A stretch of 62,676 nucleotides of DNA, counting the filler, from Collodictyon triciliatum (taxonomy: Eukaryota), in assembly GCA_043381765.1 (NCBI GenBank). It is 31 parts of 31 records of this genome, joined end to end, with 100 filler letters (N's around TTAATTAATTAA, not from the genome) between each part and the next. Parts side by side here need not be neighbours in the genome. Positions count along the whole stretch, not along the records: positions 60,779 to 62,676 come from JBHJMP010009947.1; 30 more parts are not named here. The stretch is one strand, 5' to 3'. The position numbers were made by a program, and so were the translations under genes. Positions 62,595 to 62,676 of the stretch are shown here, piece by piece (position 1 is the first letter of the stretch; each line of letters begins with the position of its first letter). Under the pieces are notes generated by a model, which searched no databases, had not been told where the DNA came from, and saw nothing but the letters and a program-made list of their open reading frames with translations.

Positions 62595-62676
62595 CAAAAC
62601 AAAAACAAAAACAAAAACAAAAACAAAAACAAAAACAAAAACAAAAACAAAAACAAAAACAAAAACAAAAACAAAA
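62595..62676. repeat. (ACAAAA)n microsatellite at window end
   Basis: Seen directly. Confidence 0.97.

Overview
This window is not one locus. It is 31 short eukaryotic contigs (about 1.9 kb, in decreasing length order) joined by artificial N44-TTAATTAATTAA-N44 spacers, so gene order across spacers means nothing. Most contigs break at microsatellites. The source is an AT-rich, intron-rich eukaryote, possibly more than one. Recognisable spliced host genes: IP3-receptor-like channel, prodomain-less metacaspase, AtuA-family protein, organellar-type IleRS, TKL-like kinase, Tom22, FABP-like calycin, a WH2-C-A (Arp2/3 activator-like) C-terminus, DHHC palmitoyltransferase, sulfotransferase, formin and adenosine deaminase. 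Mobile DNA: L1/Tx1-type LINE fragments, several ultra-short LINE 3'-end stubs with TSDs, a decayed Fanzor1 nuclease followed by a four-hairpin omega-RNA candidate, and an intronless virus-like cassette (minor-capsid-like gene plus fiber gene). The most striking candidate system is an LRR gene built from tandem cassettes of a 69-nt exon and a 56-57-nt intron. Its introns and LRR scaffold are near-identical while the ligand-facing residues vary. Other repeat-built surface proteins occur on separate contigs. All family assignments come from manual splicing and motif recognition; no database searches were run.
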